IMG/VR virus record: IMGVR_UViG_2648501420_000006
Location: 7,710-71,709 of that record
DNA: 64,000 bases
Origin: a virus
Lineage: Duplodnaviria > Caudoviricetes
Reading direction: 5' to 3' (one strand)
The notes beneath the pieces are model-generated. The model was not told the DNA's origin. It saw only the letters and a list, made by a program, of their open reading frames with translations, and made no database searches. Of the stretch, positions 21,137 to 32,168 are shown one piece after another. The stretch's first letter is position 1, and each line of letters begins with the position of its first letter. The position numbers and the translations under genes are program-made.

Positions 21137-21769
21137 ATGGCAACAAAAAGTAATGCAAGCGCACCGAAATCAACGGTGTTTGAATATAGAGGTATTGATA
21201 ATGTCTATTATGCAAAAGTGCTGAGCGATACGATTGATGGTATCACATGGGATGCGCCTAAGTATCTTTGCCCGGTCGCTGAATTAAGCAAAGAAACGGA
21301 AACTAGCTCTGAGGTGCATTATTATGATAATAAAGCTTTGATTTCGTTAGCTTCTGAGGGAGCTGATACAGTTACGTTGAGCGCAGCGGTTGTACCTTTA
21401 GATGTCCTTGCAGATATTACTGGTAGATACTTTGATGCAGAAACTGGTGCGATGAGTGAGAATATCTCCAATGCACCTGACATTGCGTTACTGTATCGCA
21501 CAAAGGGGACAGATGGATATTATCGCTATGTAGTGCGATATAAATGCAAAGCTAATATTCCGAGCGATACAGTTAGCACGGAGGATGACGGTACCGATGC
21601 TAACGGCCAAGAGTTGACACTGACTGGGGTTAATACTGTTTATGACTTTTCCAAAGGTGGCAGCGCTAAGGCGTTAGTCGTAGATACTCGTTACGGCGAT
21701 GCTGATCTAACAGACTTTTTCGCCGAGGTAAAAACGATTGATACAATTAAGGCTAAAACTGCCGCATAA
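21137..21769 (+). CDS. Major tail protein (phi13-like)
   Basis: GIDNVYYAKV, HYYDN, TEDDGTDANGQELT. Confidence 0.85.
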   Translation: MATKSNASAPKSTVFEYRGIDNVYYAKVLSDTIDGITWDAPKYLCPVAELSKETETSSEVHYYDNKALISLASEGADTVTLSAAVVPLDVLADITGRYFDAETGAMSENISNAPDIALLYRTKGTDGYYRYVVRYKCKANIPSDTVSTEDDGTDANGQELTLTGVNTVYDFSKGGSAKALVVDTRYGDADLTDFFAEVKTIDTIKAKTAA

Positions 21770-21778
21770 GGAGACAAG

Positions 21779-22340
21779 ATGGAAATCAATTTAAATATTT
21801 GGAAAAATCAAAAGGAAATCGAAAAAACGTACACTATTGATAGTTATGACATCTTATGGGGAACCGTTGAGGATCTGATCGAAGTAGTTGATACTGAAAA
21901 CTTGTTAAAGCAGTTAGCAGATGATAAAGCAGGAAACATGGCGTTAATTAGGACTGCCGCAAATATGGTTACAAACTCGCGCAATTTAATCAATACGACT
22001 TTAAAAGATGTATTTGACGGATTGACCGATGAGGAATTAAAGCGAGTAAAACTCAAAGAGTTAATCAATGTAGCACTTCAGTTAATCACTGGCTCTGTCA
22101 ATATTATTGCTGATTTAGGTAAAAACTCAAAAACGCTCAGGGGAGACAGTAACCACTCCCCTTTGCGATTTATTGTTTGATATTGATGTATCTCTATGTG
22201 ACCGATTTCCAGCCCTTACCCCGTTTGATGTTAGGCTTAAAAAGGCTAGAGAGGTTGTTAAGATAGTCAACAGGTTAAATAAAAAGGCTGAACCTAAGAA
22301 TAAGATAATCCGGCGCCCGGCCGGCGATGATTGGTTTTAG
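21779..22340 (+). CDS. Tail assembly chaperone G/GT pair
   Basis: Between MTP and TMP; downstream frame reads LCDRFPALTPF...IRRPAGDDWF; slippery A-run at 22129-22134. Confidence 0.7.
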
Positions 22341-22375
22341 AGCCATTGAGCTCCTATCAAGGAGGTGGCAAAAAA

Positions 22376-25208
22376 ATGGCTGAAAACGAAAATATTTATG
22401 GCATACGTTACGAAGTTGATATTGAGCAATTAAAAAGCTCAACTGCAGAGGCAGCGCGTCAGATCAGACTGGCCAATGCTCAATTTAACGAGGCTACCAG
22501 CAGTATGGATGATTGGGCTAATACGTCTGAGGGGCTTGCTGCTAAGCTGACACAACTAAATACTATCCTTGATGCCGAAAAATCAAAGTTGCAGAACTTA
22601 AAAAAAGACCATAATGAGCATGCTGATACGATTAATAAACAAGCTACTGCCATTACTGATTTAAAAAATAAGCGTAAGCAATTAGTCGAAGAATATGGTG
22701 CTGAGTCAAAAGAAGTCAAAGACTTGGATCAAGAACTTAGTAAGCTAGAACGGTCGCAGTTACAAAATAAAAAAGCGGCAGAAAATCTACAAATTGCTAT
22801 CGCTGAACAGCAGGCGAAGGTCAATAAAACAGAAAAGTCCTTTAAAGACTATGAAAAGCAATTAGGTGAAGTTGAACAGGCTCAAGAAAATGCTGAAAAA
22901 TCAGGGCGTGATTTTGAGGATGAATTAAAAGATATTAGAAATACCGCAGATGATACTGGTGACAGCATCATAAATCTCAGTGGCGGATTTACCGTCATGA
23001 AAGGTGCTTTGGCTAACCTAGTCGCTGATGGTATCCGTAAAGCTGCAGATGCATTAAAAGACTTTGCAATTAATATGATTGATACAGCTGCTGATGTCAA
23101 AGCTGAAACAAGCCAATTTGAGCAGACGTTTGGTGATATGGCCGACGAGGCGGAATCCGCTATTGAGCGTGTCGCAACATCAAGTGGTATCTTAGATACC
23201 CGATTAAAGACTACCGGCGCACAGATATATGCGTTTGCTAGGTCTAATGGCGCAAGTGTATCAGAGGCTATGAGCTTGATGGAGACAGCTCTAAACGCTA
23301 CAGCTGATAGTGCTGCTTATTATGATAAATCATTAGAGAGCAGTGCCGATACTATGATGAGCTTTTTAAAGGGCAACTTTGCTAATGACGCTGCTCTCGG
23401 TGTGTCAGCCACTGAATTTACTCGTAATGCTAAAGCGGTCGAGCTGTTTGGCACTGAATATAACAATTTGTCAGAAATCCAAAAACAGCAAACTTTGCTA
23501 AAGATGGTAACCGACAGCAAGAGCTATCGGGTGCAATGGGTCAAGCTGCTCGCGAAGCAGATGGCTGGGAAAACGTACAGGGCAATCTCAATGAGACTTG
23601 GCGGCAATTTCAGGCGCAAGTTGGTACTCCTGTTTTAGAGGCATTGATACCAGTAGTGCAAAATGTTACCACAGCATTTAAGGATTGGACTGATGGCATT
23701 GATTGGACCCAGTTTGGTGATACGGTAAAAGGTATTGCTGATAACATTATGACTGGATTTGGATGGATAGTGGACCACGGCAATGAGATAATGACACTGA
23801 TCGGTAGCATGGTAACGGCGTGGGCCTCTTACAAGGCTATCATGGCTGGTATTTGGGCGGTCGGAAAAATAAAAGCATTTGTATCTGCAATAGCTGGTGC
23901 TAAGACAGTAGCAGCAGCCTTTAAAGCAGGCATGGCGGCTCTCAATATCACAATGACTGCTAATCCTATTGGACTGATCGTGGCAGCTATAGCAGGTTTA
24001 ATTGCAGCCTTTGTGCTTGCATATAATAAAGTTGAGTGGTTTAGAGATGGCGTTGATAGAGCTTTTGCATGGTTAAAAGAGTTTGTTGGTACTGCAATCA
24101 ATAACATAGCTTTATTTTTTACGGATACTTTGCCACAGGCAATCGATAAAGCTGTTCAGTGGTTTAGAGATTTACCAACTAACATAAGCACGTATTTAGC
24201 ATCAGCTTTAGATAACGTTAAAATATGGGCATTAAACATGGTAAATAGTGCCGTTGATATGGGCAGTAACTTTATCGATAATGTTATCCAATTTTTTGAC
24301 GAATTGCCATACAATATAGGCTACTATACCGGTTTAGCTATTGCTAGCGTGATCCAGTGGGCACTAGATATGGTAGACCAAGCTAAAGGTATGGTATAAG
24401 CTTTATCGACAGTGTCGTTGAGTTTTTTACTCAATTACCAGGTAAAGTTGCAGGATTTTTAACGAGTACATACAAAAAAGCTGTCCAGTGGCGGACAGAT
24501 ATGGTCAATAAAGCAATCGATTTAGGCAAAAACTTTGTTAGTGGTGTGATTGATTATATCAAGCAGTTACCGAGTAAAATCGCAGAATTTACATCACAGG
24601 TAATCACAGATATTATCGAGTGGGCATCAGACCTTGTAGATAAGGCAACGCAAGCTGGCAAAGATACCTATGACGGACTGGTTGATGAGGTTAATAAGAT
24701 ACCTGGCAAGGTATTAGAGATTGGTGCAGATATTGTAAGAGGGCTGTGGAACGGCATATCAAGCATGGGATCATGGCTGTGGAATAAGGTCACCGGATGG
24801 GCAGATGGAATTTTGCAGGGAATGAAAGATGCCTTTGACATCAACTCTCCAAGCAAAGAGACAGCATGGCTAGGTAAAATGTTAGGTATGGGGTTAGGTG
24901 ATGGCTTAACCAGCACTGCATCAGGTTTAGTTAGTAAGGCTAAAGGTGTAGCAAGTCAGGTCATGGAGGCAATGCAGGATGGCTTAAAAGGTAAGTTAAC
25001 ACTGGATCCACAGATAGTTAGCAACATTAAAGCTAAAGCATCCGGAGTGCTTAATGGTCTTACTGCTACTATGCCAGCACTTGCAGGCGCAGGCGGTATG
25101 GTGCAAAACTATACATTTAATCAATACAATACTGACAGTCCACAAAGTCGCTGGGATATTTACAGACAGACTAAAAATTTGATTGAGCAAACAACAAAAG
25201 GAGGATAA
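22376..25208 (+). CDS. Tape measure protein (3 ORFs, frameshifts near 23530 and 24390)
   Basis: Long Ala-rich helical protein, ANPIGLIVAAIAGLIAAF, aromatic periodic repeats, FDINSPSKE. Confidence 0.9.
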
Positions 25209-25211
25209 TCC

Positions 25212-26051
25212 ATGTACACAGCGGTTGTTGAGAATGCAAAAGGTCAGCAATTGGACCTTAACAAAAACTATCACACTGAGATTACAGGACTTACACCTCC
25301 TAATGCCTCAGTCAACATGTCAAAGGTATCAGGTGTTGATGGTAGCCAGTTTAATAGTGCTGCCGTCAATAGTCGCAATATCGTACTTACGATTTATCCT
25401 AAGCAGCCAGTTGAGGTTAACAGACTTCGACTTTTATGATTACTTTTTAGTTGGCCAGACTATAAAAATTTACTATAAAAACGGTTTAAGAAATGTGTAT
25501 ACTGAAGGATACGTTGAAACCATAGATGGCACATTTTTACCAATCGTGAAGCTCTGCAGATATCTATCTTATGCCCTGACCCTTATTTTAAGGGTGCAGG
25601 TGAGATTGTTGCTGATATTAGTAAACTGGTGAGCCTCTTTGAGTTCCCATTTGCAATAGATGTTGCAGGTATTCCTTTGAGTGAGTTTAATGAGTATCTG
25701 ATTGGCCAGATCACTAATGATGGCAATGTATCCACTGGCTTGACCATTGAGCTGTCAGCTAATGGTACAGTGGTTAATCCAGTCATCTATGATGCAGATA
25801 CACGTGATAGCATGGGATTGAGGCTTACCATGCAGGCAAATGACCTAATTAGGATAACGACTATAAAAGGTAAAACAGGTGTTGTATTAATAAGAGGTGG
25901 GGTAACTACCAATATTATTAATACGATACTAGACGGCGCTACATGGTTTCAGGCGCAGCCTGGCACTAACTTTTATACTTATACCGTTGATGACGGACTG
26001 GATAATCTGAGTGTTAAATTTATGGCCAATGCCTTGTATAGTGGGGTGTAA
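25212..26051 (+). CDS. Distal tail protein (Dit), frameshifted
   Basis: EITGLTPP..VN..GVDGS, EGYVE, LFEFPF; after TMP. Confidence 0.75.
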
Positions 26052-26052
26052 T

Positions 26053-27118
26053 ATGGATCTGTACTTACTAAATAACCAACTTGATAAAATTGCACATATC
26101 AGTGCATTTACATCATTGATTTGGGTGCGAAGATACAATGAAGCTGGAGAGTTTGAGTTATACATATCAGCAAAATCAATGGATATTAGGATTTTTCAAG
26201 AGGACCAATTTTTGATCCGCAGTGATGACAGTACGGTAATGGTCATAGAAAAAATACAGCTGCCTGAAGATGTAGAAAAAGGTGACTATCTCATCGTTAG
26301 TGGCCGCAGTGCTGAGTCTTTGCTAGATCGAAGGGTCAATATGACTCGGTTTGCAGTTGGTGAGTATGCAAGCCCGTATGATGCCATCTATCCATTGCTT
26401 GATATTAACATATTAGCTAATGCAGAACCTGATCGTCAGATACCTATCCTTGCATGTACTCAGCCATCTAGCAGAGATACAGGCCCAATCTATGTTACTG
26501 GTGACCGCTTCGGGAGTAACTTGTATGAGTATACAAGAGATACATGCAAAGGCAGTCAATCAGGATTTGATGTACAGCTAGTAGACAGAAAATTAATGAT
26601 AGGGTTTTACAAGGGCGTTGACAGGTCAATATCTCAATCAATTAATCCTCATGTAGTCTTTAGTCCGGACTTTGGTAATCTACTTACATCGGAATATAAG
26701 CTGGATAGGTCAGATGAAAAAAACATTGCCTTTGTTGCCGGTGAAGGCGAAGGTGCTGCACGTAAAACAGCTATCGTTGGGATTGGCATCGGTTTAAAGC
26801 GTAAGAGTTATACGTGGATGCCCGAGATTTATCATCGTCACAGGAAGTCAATGACCAGACTGTGCAGATGCCTGACGATGAGTATCAAAAACTACTCAAA
26901 AATAGAGGCAAAGAAAAGCTGGCGGAGTGTCCATTGATCGAGACATTTGATTTTACAATCGACATCAGCCGTACTTATAGATACAAGTTGACTTTAATGT
27001 TGGTGATGTAGTAACGGGTAAAAATAAATATGGTATTAGCTCAAATGCACGAATTGTTGAAATGAGCGAAGTGTTTGATAGCACAGGATATAAACTAGTG
27101 CCTAAAATGGAGGTGTAA
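26053..27118 (+). CDS. Tail-tip protein (ReqiPepy6 gp37-like), frameshifted
   Basis: SLIWVRRYNEAGEFELY, GRSAESLLDRR, VAGEGEGAAR. Confidence 0.8.
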
Positions 27119-27122
27119 TGTT

Positions 27123-27998
27123 ATGTATGAATGTGGATTTTTTAACTCAGTGAATGGTGACAGGAAATACAACGCCGAGCAGATAGGCGAATATTTAGGC
27201 TTATTTGTCAGCGATGGAGTGTTTCCAAATCCTTCCACAAACCTTCAGGTACGTTCGACTGGTGGGATGAATATTGCAATATCACCGGGGAAAGGCTGGG
27301 CGCAAGAACACTGGATTAAAAACAAAAGTGATTGGCTCATGGAGCTACCACAGTCAAATATGGTATATGCCCGCATCGATGCTATTATGATGGTGCTAGA
27401 TCTATCACAACCAGTCCGTAACTTTTACTTTGAGATAAAGTCAGGAGTGCCTGCTGCTGATCCAGTGCGGCCGGATATGGTGCGTAGAGAGGACAGATAC
27501 GAGTATTGCTTAGCAACGGTAAAAGTAAAAGCTAATGTCAATGAAATAACTCAAGCAGATATAACTGATACTAGAGCTGATACTACTATCTGCGGTTGGG
27601 TCACCGGCTTAATTGATCAAGTAGATACAGCAGAGTTATTTAACCAATGGCAAGATGCCTACGAACGTGAGTACGCACGTCAGCAGCAGTTGATTAATGA
27701 TAATACAGCTCTATTTTATACATGGTTTGATGCTGTTAAGGATACCTTGCTAGCAAAGGCTACAATTGTTCGTAACTATGTATCAACGTATAAGACAACT
27801 GCTGATAACACTGCCGAAATACCTATTGGTATTGCTCAATATGATAAAAATTGGGATGTGCTTGAGGTTTATGTTAATGGTTTTAAATTGACGGCCGCTG
27901 AGTATACGATTAATGACAATACAAAAATAACCCTTACTAAACCAGTAAGGGCAGGGCAAGAGGTATCATTCCAGGTGCTGAAATCGTTAGAAAAATAA
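27123..27998 (+). CDS. Upper baseplate (BppU-like) protein
   Basis: GFFNSVNGDRKYNAE, YARIDAI, ITQADITDTRAD..CGWVTGLIDQVDT. Confidence 0.75.
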   Translation: MYECGFFNSVNGDRKYNAEQIGEYLGLFVSDGVFPNPSTNLQVRSTGGMNIAISPGKGWAQEHWIKNKSDWLMELPQSNMVYARIDAIMMVLDLSQPVRNFYFEIKSGVPAADPVRPDMVRREDRYEYCLATVKVKANVNEITQADITDTRADTTICGWVTGLIDQVDTAELFNQWQDAYEREYARQQQLINDNTALFYTWFDAVKDTLLAKATIVRNYVSTYKTTADNTAEIPIGIAQYDKNWDVLEVYVNGFKLTAAEYTINDNTKITLTKPVRAGQEVSFQVLKSLEK

Positions 27999-28020
27999 AA
28001 CTGCATTTGCAGTTTTTTAT
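27997..28020 (+). terminator. Intrinsic terminator ending the late operon
   Basis: aaaactgca-tt-tgcagttttttat. Confidence 0.6.
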
Positions 28021-28059
28021 TGCAAAAATATTATAATATGGGATAATCAAAGTAATCAA

Positions 28060-28874
28060 ATGGGAGGTATTTATATGGGATTGTTTGGAAATAAAAACGC
28101 TTGTGAATTATGTGGTAAAAAACTAGGGGGCTTAGCATTCAAGTATGAATTAAAAGAAGGTTATTTATGTAATGATTGTGGTTTAAAGGCAGGTTACATT
28201 CCTTTAACTACAATTTCAAAATATAAAACAGTTGAAGATGTTAAAAAAGATATTGACGAATATGATGATTATCTGCTTTACAAAGCTAATTTATTAGAAA
28301 ATTTTGTGCCTGCTAGAAGTATTAATAATTTATTACTTGTTGATGAAGCTAACAAGTTGTTCGGTATACCTCAAGGAAAAAAGAAAGATCCTAAAGTTTT
28401 TGAATATAAAAACTTAATTGACTGTGATTATCTGGAAGATGGTAATAGTATGACAGGTGGAGGATTAGGTGCAGCTGTAGCTGGTGGTTTGCTTTTAGGT
28501 GGCGTTGGAGCTTTAGTAGGGGGGATAACTGGTAATAAAAAACAAAAGTTAATATTAATAAAATGCAAGTAGTCTTAACATTGGATAATATGAGAGAACC
28601 ATCTATTACAATAGATATACTTCCTGGCGCAACAAAGAAAGGTGGATTTATTTATAATTCTTATTTTCAAACAGTACAAAATTTGTTAAGCGCTTTTGCA
28701 ATTATACTAGAAGATAATGCAAAATCATCAGATTTAAATAGTGATAGTAAAGGTGAACCTGTTATAAATGATGATCCAACTGAACAATTAAGGAAATATA
28801 AGAGTTTACTTGACGATGGTATCATAACTCAAGAAGAATTCGATAGTAAAAAGAAACAGATCCTCGGATTATAA
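28060..28874 (+). CDS. Zinc-ribbon + SHOCT domain accessory membrane protein (frameshift near 28545)
   Basis: CELCG..CNDC, Gly-rich TM GGGLGAAVAGGLLLGGVGALVGG, C-terminal LRKYKSLLDDGIITQEEFDSKKKQIL. Confidence 0.8.
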
Positions 28875-28877
28875 TTA

Positions 28878-28922
28878 TAAACGGCTCACTCTCTTAATTG
28901 AGGGCGAGCCGCTTTTATTTTT
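28878..28922. terminator. Bidirectional terminator
   Basis: cggctcactctc-ttaatt-gagggcgagccg with A-rich and T-rich flanks, between convergent genes. Confidence 0.7.
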
Positions 28923-29154
28923 CTTTAGATGGTATATACTCTAACAAATCAGTGATATCACATTCTAATACTGCGCATATTCTTGCCACGGTTTCCAGAT
29001 CAACTCTACTTACCGTGTTATTACAATAATTTTTTACTTGTGACCGCTGCATCTGCGCTAAATTGCAAAACTTGTTTTTACTCATGCCTGACTTATCTAG
29101 CAATTCGCCCAAATGTATTTTAACTACTCCAAAATCATTTATCATGTTTATCAC
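28915..29154 (-). CDS. Xre/Cro-C1 family HTH regulator
   Basis: LGELLDKSGMSKNKFCNLAQMQRSQVKNYCNN...LETVARICAVLECDITDLLEY. Confidence 0.85.
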   Translation of the reverse strand: MINMINDFGVVKIHLGELLDKSGMSKNKFCNLAQMQRSQVKNYCNNTVSRVDLETVARICAVLECDITDLLEYIPSKEK

Positions 29155-29164
29155 CTTTACTATT

Positions 29165-29217
29165 TACAATAATTGTATCCGTGATATAGTTATTTTATAA
29201 GCTATATTGCAATATAG
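29165..29217. promoter_or_regulatory. Palindromic operator candidates in divergent region
   Basis: Perfect 16-bp palindrome ctatattgcaatatag (29202-29217) and tacaat-a-attgta (29165-29177). Confidence 0.5.
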
Positions 29218-29267
29218 GTATTACGATATAGTGCTGTAAATAAATAATTTACCAGGGAGGGTGAGAA

Positions 29268-29399
29268 ATGCGTAAAATGAAAAGGTTTGCAGATATTAAT
29301 AAAGCAGCTAAAGTCAGACGTTTAAATCAAATCATGCGATTAGTTGCAGTGCCTGATAAAGTTACTAAAATTTATAATTATTACAATAAAAAGTGGTAA
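29268..29399 (+). CDS. Small basic hypothetical protein (43 aa)
   Basis: gggagg RBS; MRKMKRFADINKAAKVRRLNQ... Confidence 0.45.
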   Translation: MRKMKRFADINKAAKVRRLNQIMRLVAVPDKVTKIYNYYNKKW

Positions 29400-29553
29400 A
29401 AATGAACAGCTACTATATTTTATGCGAGAAATTATGCTTAGATCAGCTGAATTGCCAGATAATTTAAAAGATATGCTTGCATAGCATTAGTGGTTTTCGA
29501 CAAAGTTTAACAGACCTTAGTGTTACACTTAATTCATTACAGGGGGAGACATT

Positions 29554-29712
29554 ATGGATGAAATTAAAACTATAGAATTTTTAGAATGCTGTGAGAAAGA
29601 TTTAATAAATCAACTTTGCTTTAGATGTCCCGAATTGTCAACTAAGCAGATTGATGTTATCGTCGAAATCTTCAGGGCAGAGATTGACAAGCAGCTGCAG
29701 TCTGGTAAATAA
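29554..29712 (+). CDS. Small hypothetical protein (52 aa)
   Basis: gggggag RBS; MDEIKTIEFLECCEKDL... Confidence 0.5.
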   Translation: MDEIKTIEFLECCEKDLINQLCFRCPELSTKQIDVIVEIFRAEIDKQLQSGK

Positions 29713-29764
29713 TACCAGCACATTAACCAACGTCAACGGTTTATAATTATGACGTGGAGGTGTC

Positions 29765-29956
29765 ATGATTATGAAAAGTAGATTAAATGAGCTGGAATTT
29801 TGGGGCATGCAGTATTTTTATGAATACTATGGCAAGGAATACGGCCATGATCAAAAGAAGGTTTTTGAGAGATTAACACAAGAGTTCGGCGCCGATAAGG
29901 TAGCGGACTATAAGCAAAAATGCGGCGGAGAATTTGATAGGAAAATTGATATTTGA
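29765..29956 (+). CDS. Small hypothetical protein
   Basis: ggaggt RBS. Confidence 0.55.
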   Translation: MIMKSRLNELEFWGMQYFYEYYGKEYGHDQKKVFERLTQEFGADKVADYKQKCGGEFDRKIDI

Positions 29957-30179
29957 AATGATAAAGTTCATAGATTTTTTAGATAGGCAAAAGTATAGAT
30001 ACAATAAAGCTATTTTCTTGTCAAACGATAGTATGTATCGAGCTAAAATCATCAATCAATACTTACGCAAGTTTAAGGTATATTGTAACAAATACCCAGA
30101 TACACTAAATGATTTAAAGCAGTATGAAGATGAGATTTGGGAATATGAGAAAAGAGCTGGTATTAAAAAGTATTTGTAA
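29934..30179 (+). CDS. Small hypothetical protein
   Basis: Overlaps previous gene; followed by a hairpin and T-tract. Confidence 0.5.
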   Translation: MIGKLIFEMIKFIDFLDRQKYRYNKAIFLSNDSMYRAKIINQYLRKFKVYCNKYPDTLNDLKQYEDEIWEYEKRAGIKKYL

Positions 30180-30260
30180 GTCTTAGTGTTAGTGTTGCTA
30201 AGGCTTTTTATTTGCAATCGTAAAAATTATCGTTAAAACATAAAAATATTGAAAATATTT

Positions 30261-30424
30261 ATTACCATAAATTACCAATTTTATTACTATAACCTCAAAT
30301 GTTATAAAAATTGCTTATACTGAAAATCAGGCTTAGCAATTAACCTCATGATTTATGTAATTGTAAGAATTAACGATATTTTCATATTTTCTTAAATATA
30401 TGAAAATTGGTAAATTATGGTAAT
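30261..30424. repeat. 22-bp inverted repeat pair (21/22 match) 120 bp apart
   Basis: attaccataaattaccaatttt (30261-30282) vs aaaattggtaaattatggtaat (30403-30424). Confidence 0.75.
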
Positions 30425-30554
30425 CCTAAAATGCTTAAATATGGTAGAATATTGATAAGATAAATATAAGATGAGTAAAAAGGGTGTGGAATCTATGTGT
30501 GGCAACGACCATCTAATATTTATTAACAAAAAGAGGTTGGCCGCCTCTTTTATT

Positions 30555-30777
30555 TTAGGTCTTAATTAGGTCTTGCAAATTATAATTTTTATTATTTTTG
30601 AATATATTTATATATAGACAAATATGATTAACCATATATTTTTAAACTTAATAATGTATTATAATGCGGTTATATATGGTTTTTTTATTTCCCGCCAGCT
30701 CCACCAATATGTTAATAAACGCCTGTTTATGGGCGTTTTTCTTATGCTAATACTATTTATGCCTTATTTATGCCTTA
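30555..30777. promoter_or_regulatory. Integrase arm-type direct repeats flanking the att core
   Basis: ttaggtctt x2 (30555, 30566) and ttatgcctt x2 (30757, 30768), both with 11-bp period. Confidence 0.55.
30689..30706 (+). other. ssrA: att core: displaced 3' end of tmRNA (ssrA)-type gene
   Basis: TTCCCGCCAGCTCCACCA: T-stem 3' strand, acceptor strand CAGCTCC (G3.U alanine identity) and ACCA; rest of gene absent; next to integrase 3' end. Confidence 0.8.
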
Positions 30778-30806
30778 AAATATACAAAAACAAATTAAAA
30801 AGAAAG

Positions 30807-32026
30807 CTATTTTTGGCTTTCTTCCGTTGTATCTAATGAGTTTAAATATGCAACACATACGTCTCGCTGCTCAGGAAACATATGTGTGTATGTATCCAGT
30901 GTCTCAGTAACGCTGGCGTGTCCTAAACGCTCAGAGATAAGCTTGATATTCATTCCACCGTTGATCAAAAGTGATGCGTGAGAATGACGGAAACCATGTA
31001 TAGTGATGTGTTTAAGTTCAGCATCAATCATAGCGGCATCCGCTTTTCTGCGCATGCTTGTTTCTGATATGGGTGAGATGCCACCAAAGATAAACCAGCC
31101 ATCATCAAAGCATTCTTTCTGCTTTTCGTATTCTTTACGCTTATTTAAAATCTGTATAAGATTGTTTGATAAATCTATTATACGACTTGATGAAGTAGTT
31201 TTCACGGATTTTATTAGATAGGTTCCTGTTTTAGTTTTTCGTGTTAGAGACTTATTAATGTTTATGCTCTTTCCGTCATAGTCTTTCCATGTGGCAGCCA
31301 TCATCTCACCACATCGACAACCAGTATAATATAGAAAATTAAACAAATCAGTCCATTCAGGATCTGCATAGGAAATAAAACGATTAAATTCTTCTAAAGT
31401 ATAAAAATTCTCTAATTCATTCACTTTTTCTACTCTTTTCATTTTTAAAGTTACCTTGCAGTTTTAGCCGAATTATGTATAAGCCCATAATATCTGATAC
31501 CATAGTCTAAGATAGATGTAAGCAGAGTATGCAGCTCAGTCAAATAAGTTTTAGAATACTTATTTATCTTTGCCGGTATGTTTTTAGCTTTATCTTCTTT
31601 TTGTGCTATATATTCTTTATCAAGCATAAACATTTGCCATTGTCGGATCGTTAATGGTGTGATTTTTTCTATTTCCATATCCTTGAAATAATCACGAATA
31701 TGGTTATCTGTTTTACTGAGTTTGGTAATGACTGTTGATTCCTCAGTGTTGTTTATGAGATCAGATTTATACATTTTATATAAATCACTAAATTTAACAC
31801 CGTGAAAATGAACGCGGTTCTCACATTCCAATAAGAACTTATCCTCAGCTGCCTTTGCTTTTGGGCGGCTTGGGTAATACTTGCTGCACTTCTGCTTCCG
31901 TTCACCCGATGCGGTAGTATAGTAGCATTTGAAGCGGTATTTAGTTACTTCTTTTTCTTTATAGGTGATTTTTCCAGCAGCATCTTTCTTTTTGATTCTT
32001 TCTTTCACTTTGTATTCTTGTATCAT
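30807..32026 (-). CDS. int: Tyrosine integrase with N-terminal arm-binding domain (frameshift near 31445)
   Basis: TGCRCGE, HGFRHSHAS, LGHAS, TYTH catalytic motifs; RBS aggagg before ATG at 32026. Confidence 0.95.
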
Positions 32027-32077
32027 GAGAACCCTCCTTGTCTTGTTTAAATTGAAAATTTGTAGTACAATTTGGGT

Positions 32078-32168
32078 ACAATAAAAGGAATGTTCGTCAA
32101 ACACTATTTATTGTACCAAGTGATTTAATATCACTTATTCACTCCTGTTGGCGCAGGGGTGTTTTTAT
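32078..32168 (+). ncRNA. Candidate antisense RNA to integrase leader
   Basis: TTGTTT-17-TACAAT promoter (32043-32071), hairpins, terminator cactcctg-ttggcg-caggggtg + T-tract. Confidence 0.45.

Larger units (their letters stand above)
1..30706 (+). mobile_element. Prophage 1 (siphovirus-type; left part outside window)
   Basis: Continuous co-oriented replication, lysis, packaging, head and tail genes, ending at a tmRNA-3'-end att core. Confidence 0.9.

Noticed and set aside
28878-28922. Terminator resembling the one at 62764-62810 as a prophage-end repeat or att
   Set aside because: Shared ctcactctc is short and explained by a common terminator family; it is not at an integration boundary
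30689-30706. Intact tRNA or tmRNA gene
   Set aside because: Only the last 18 nt are present; upstream is AT-rich phage arm sequence with no T-loop, D-arm or 5' acceptor strand
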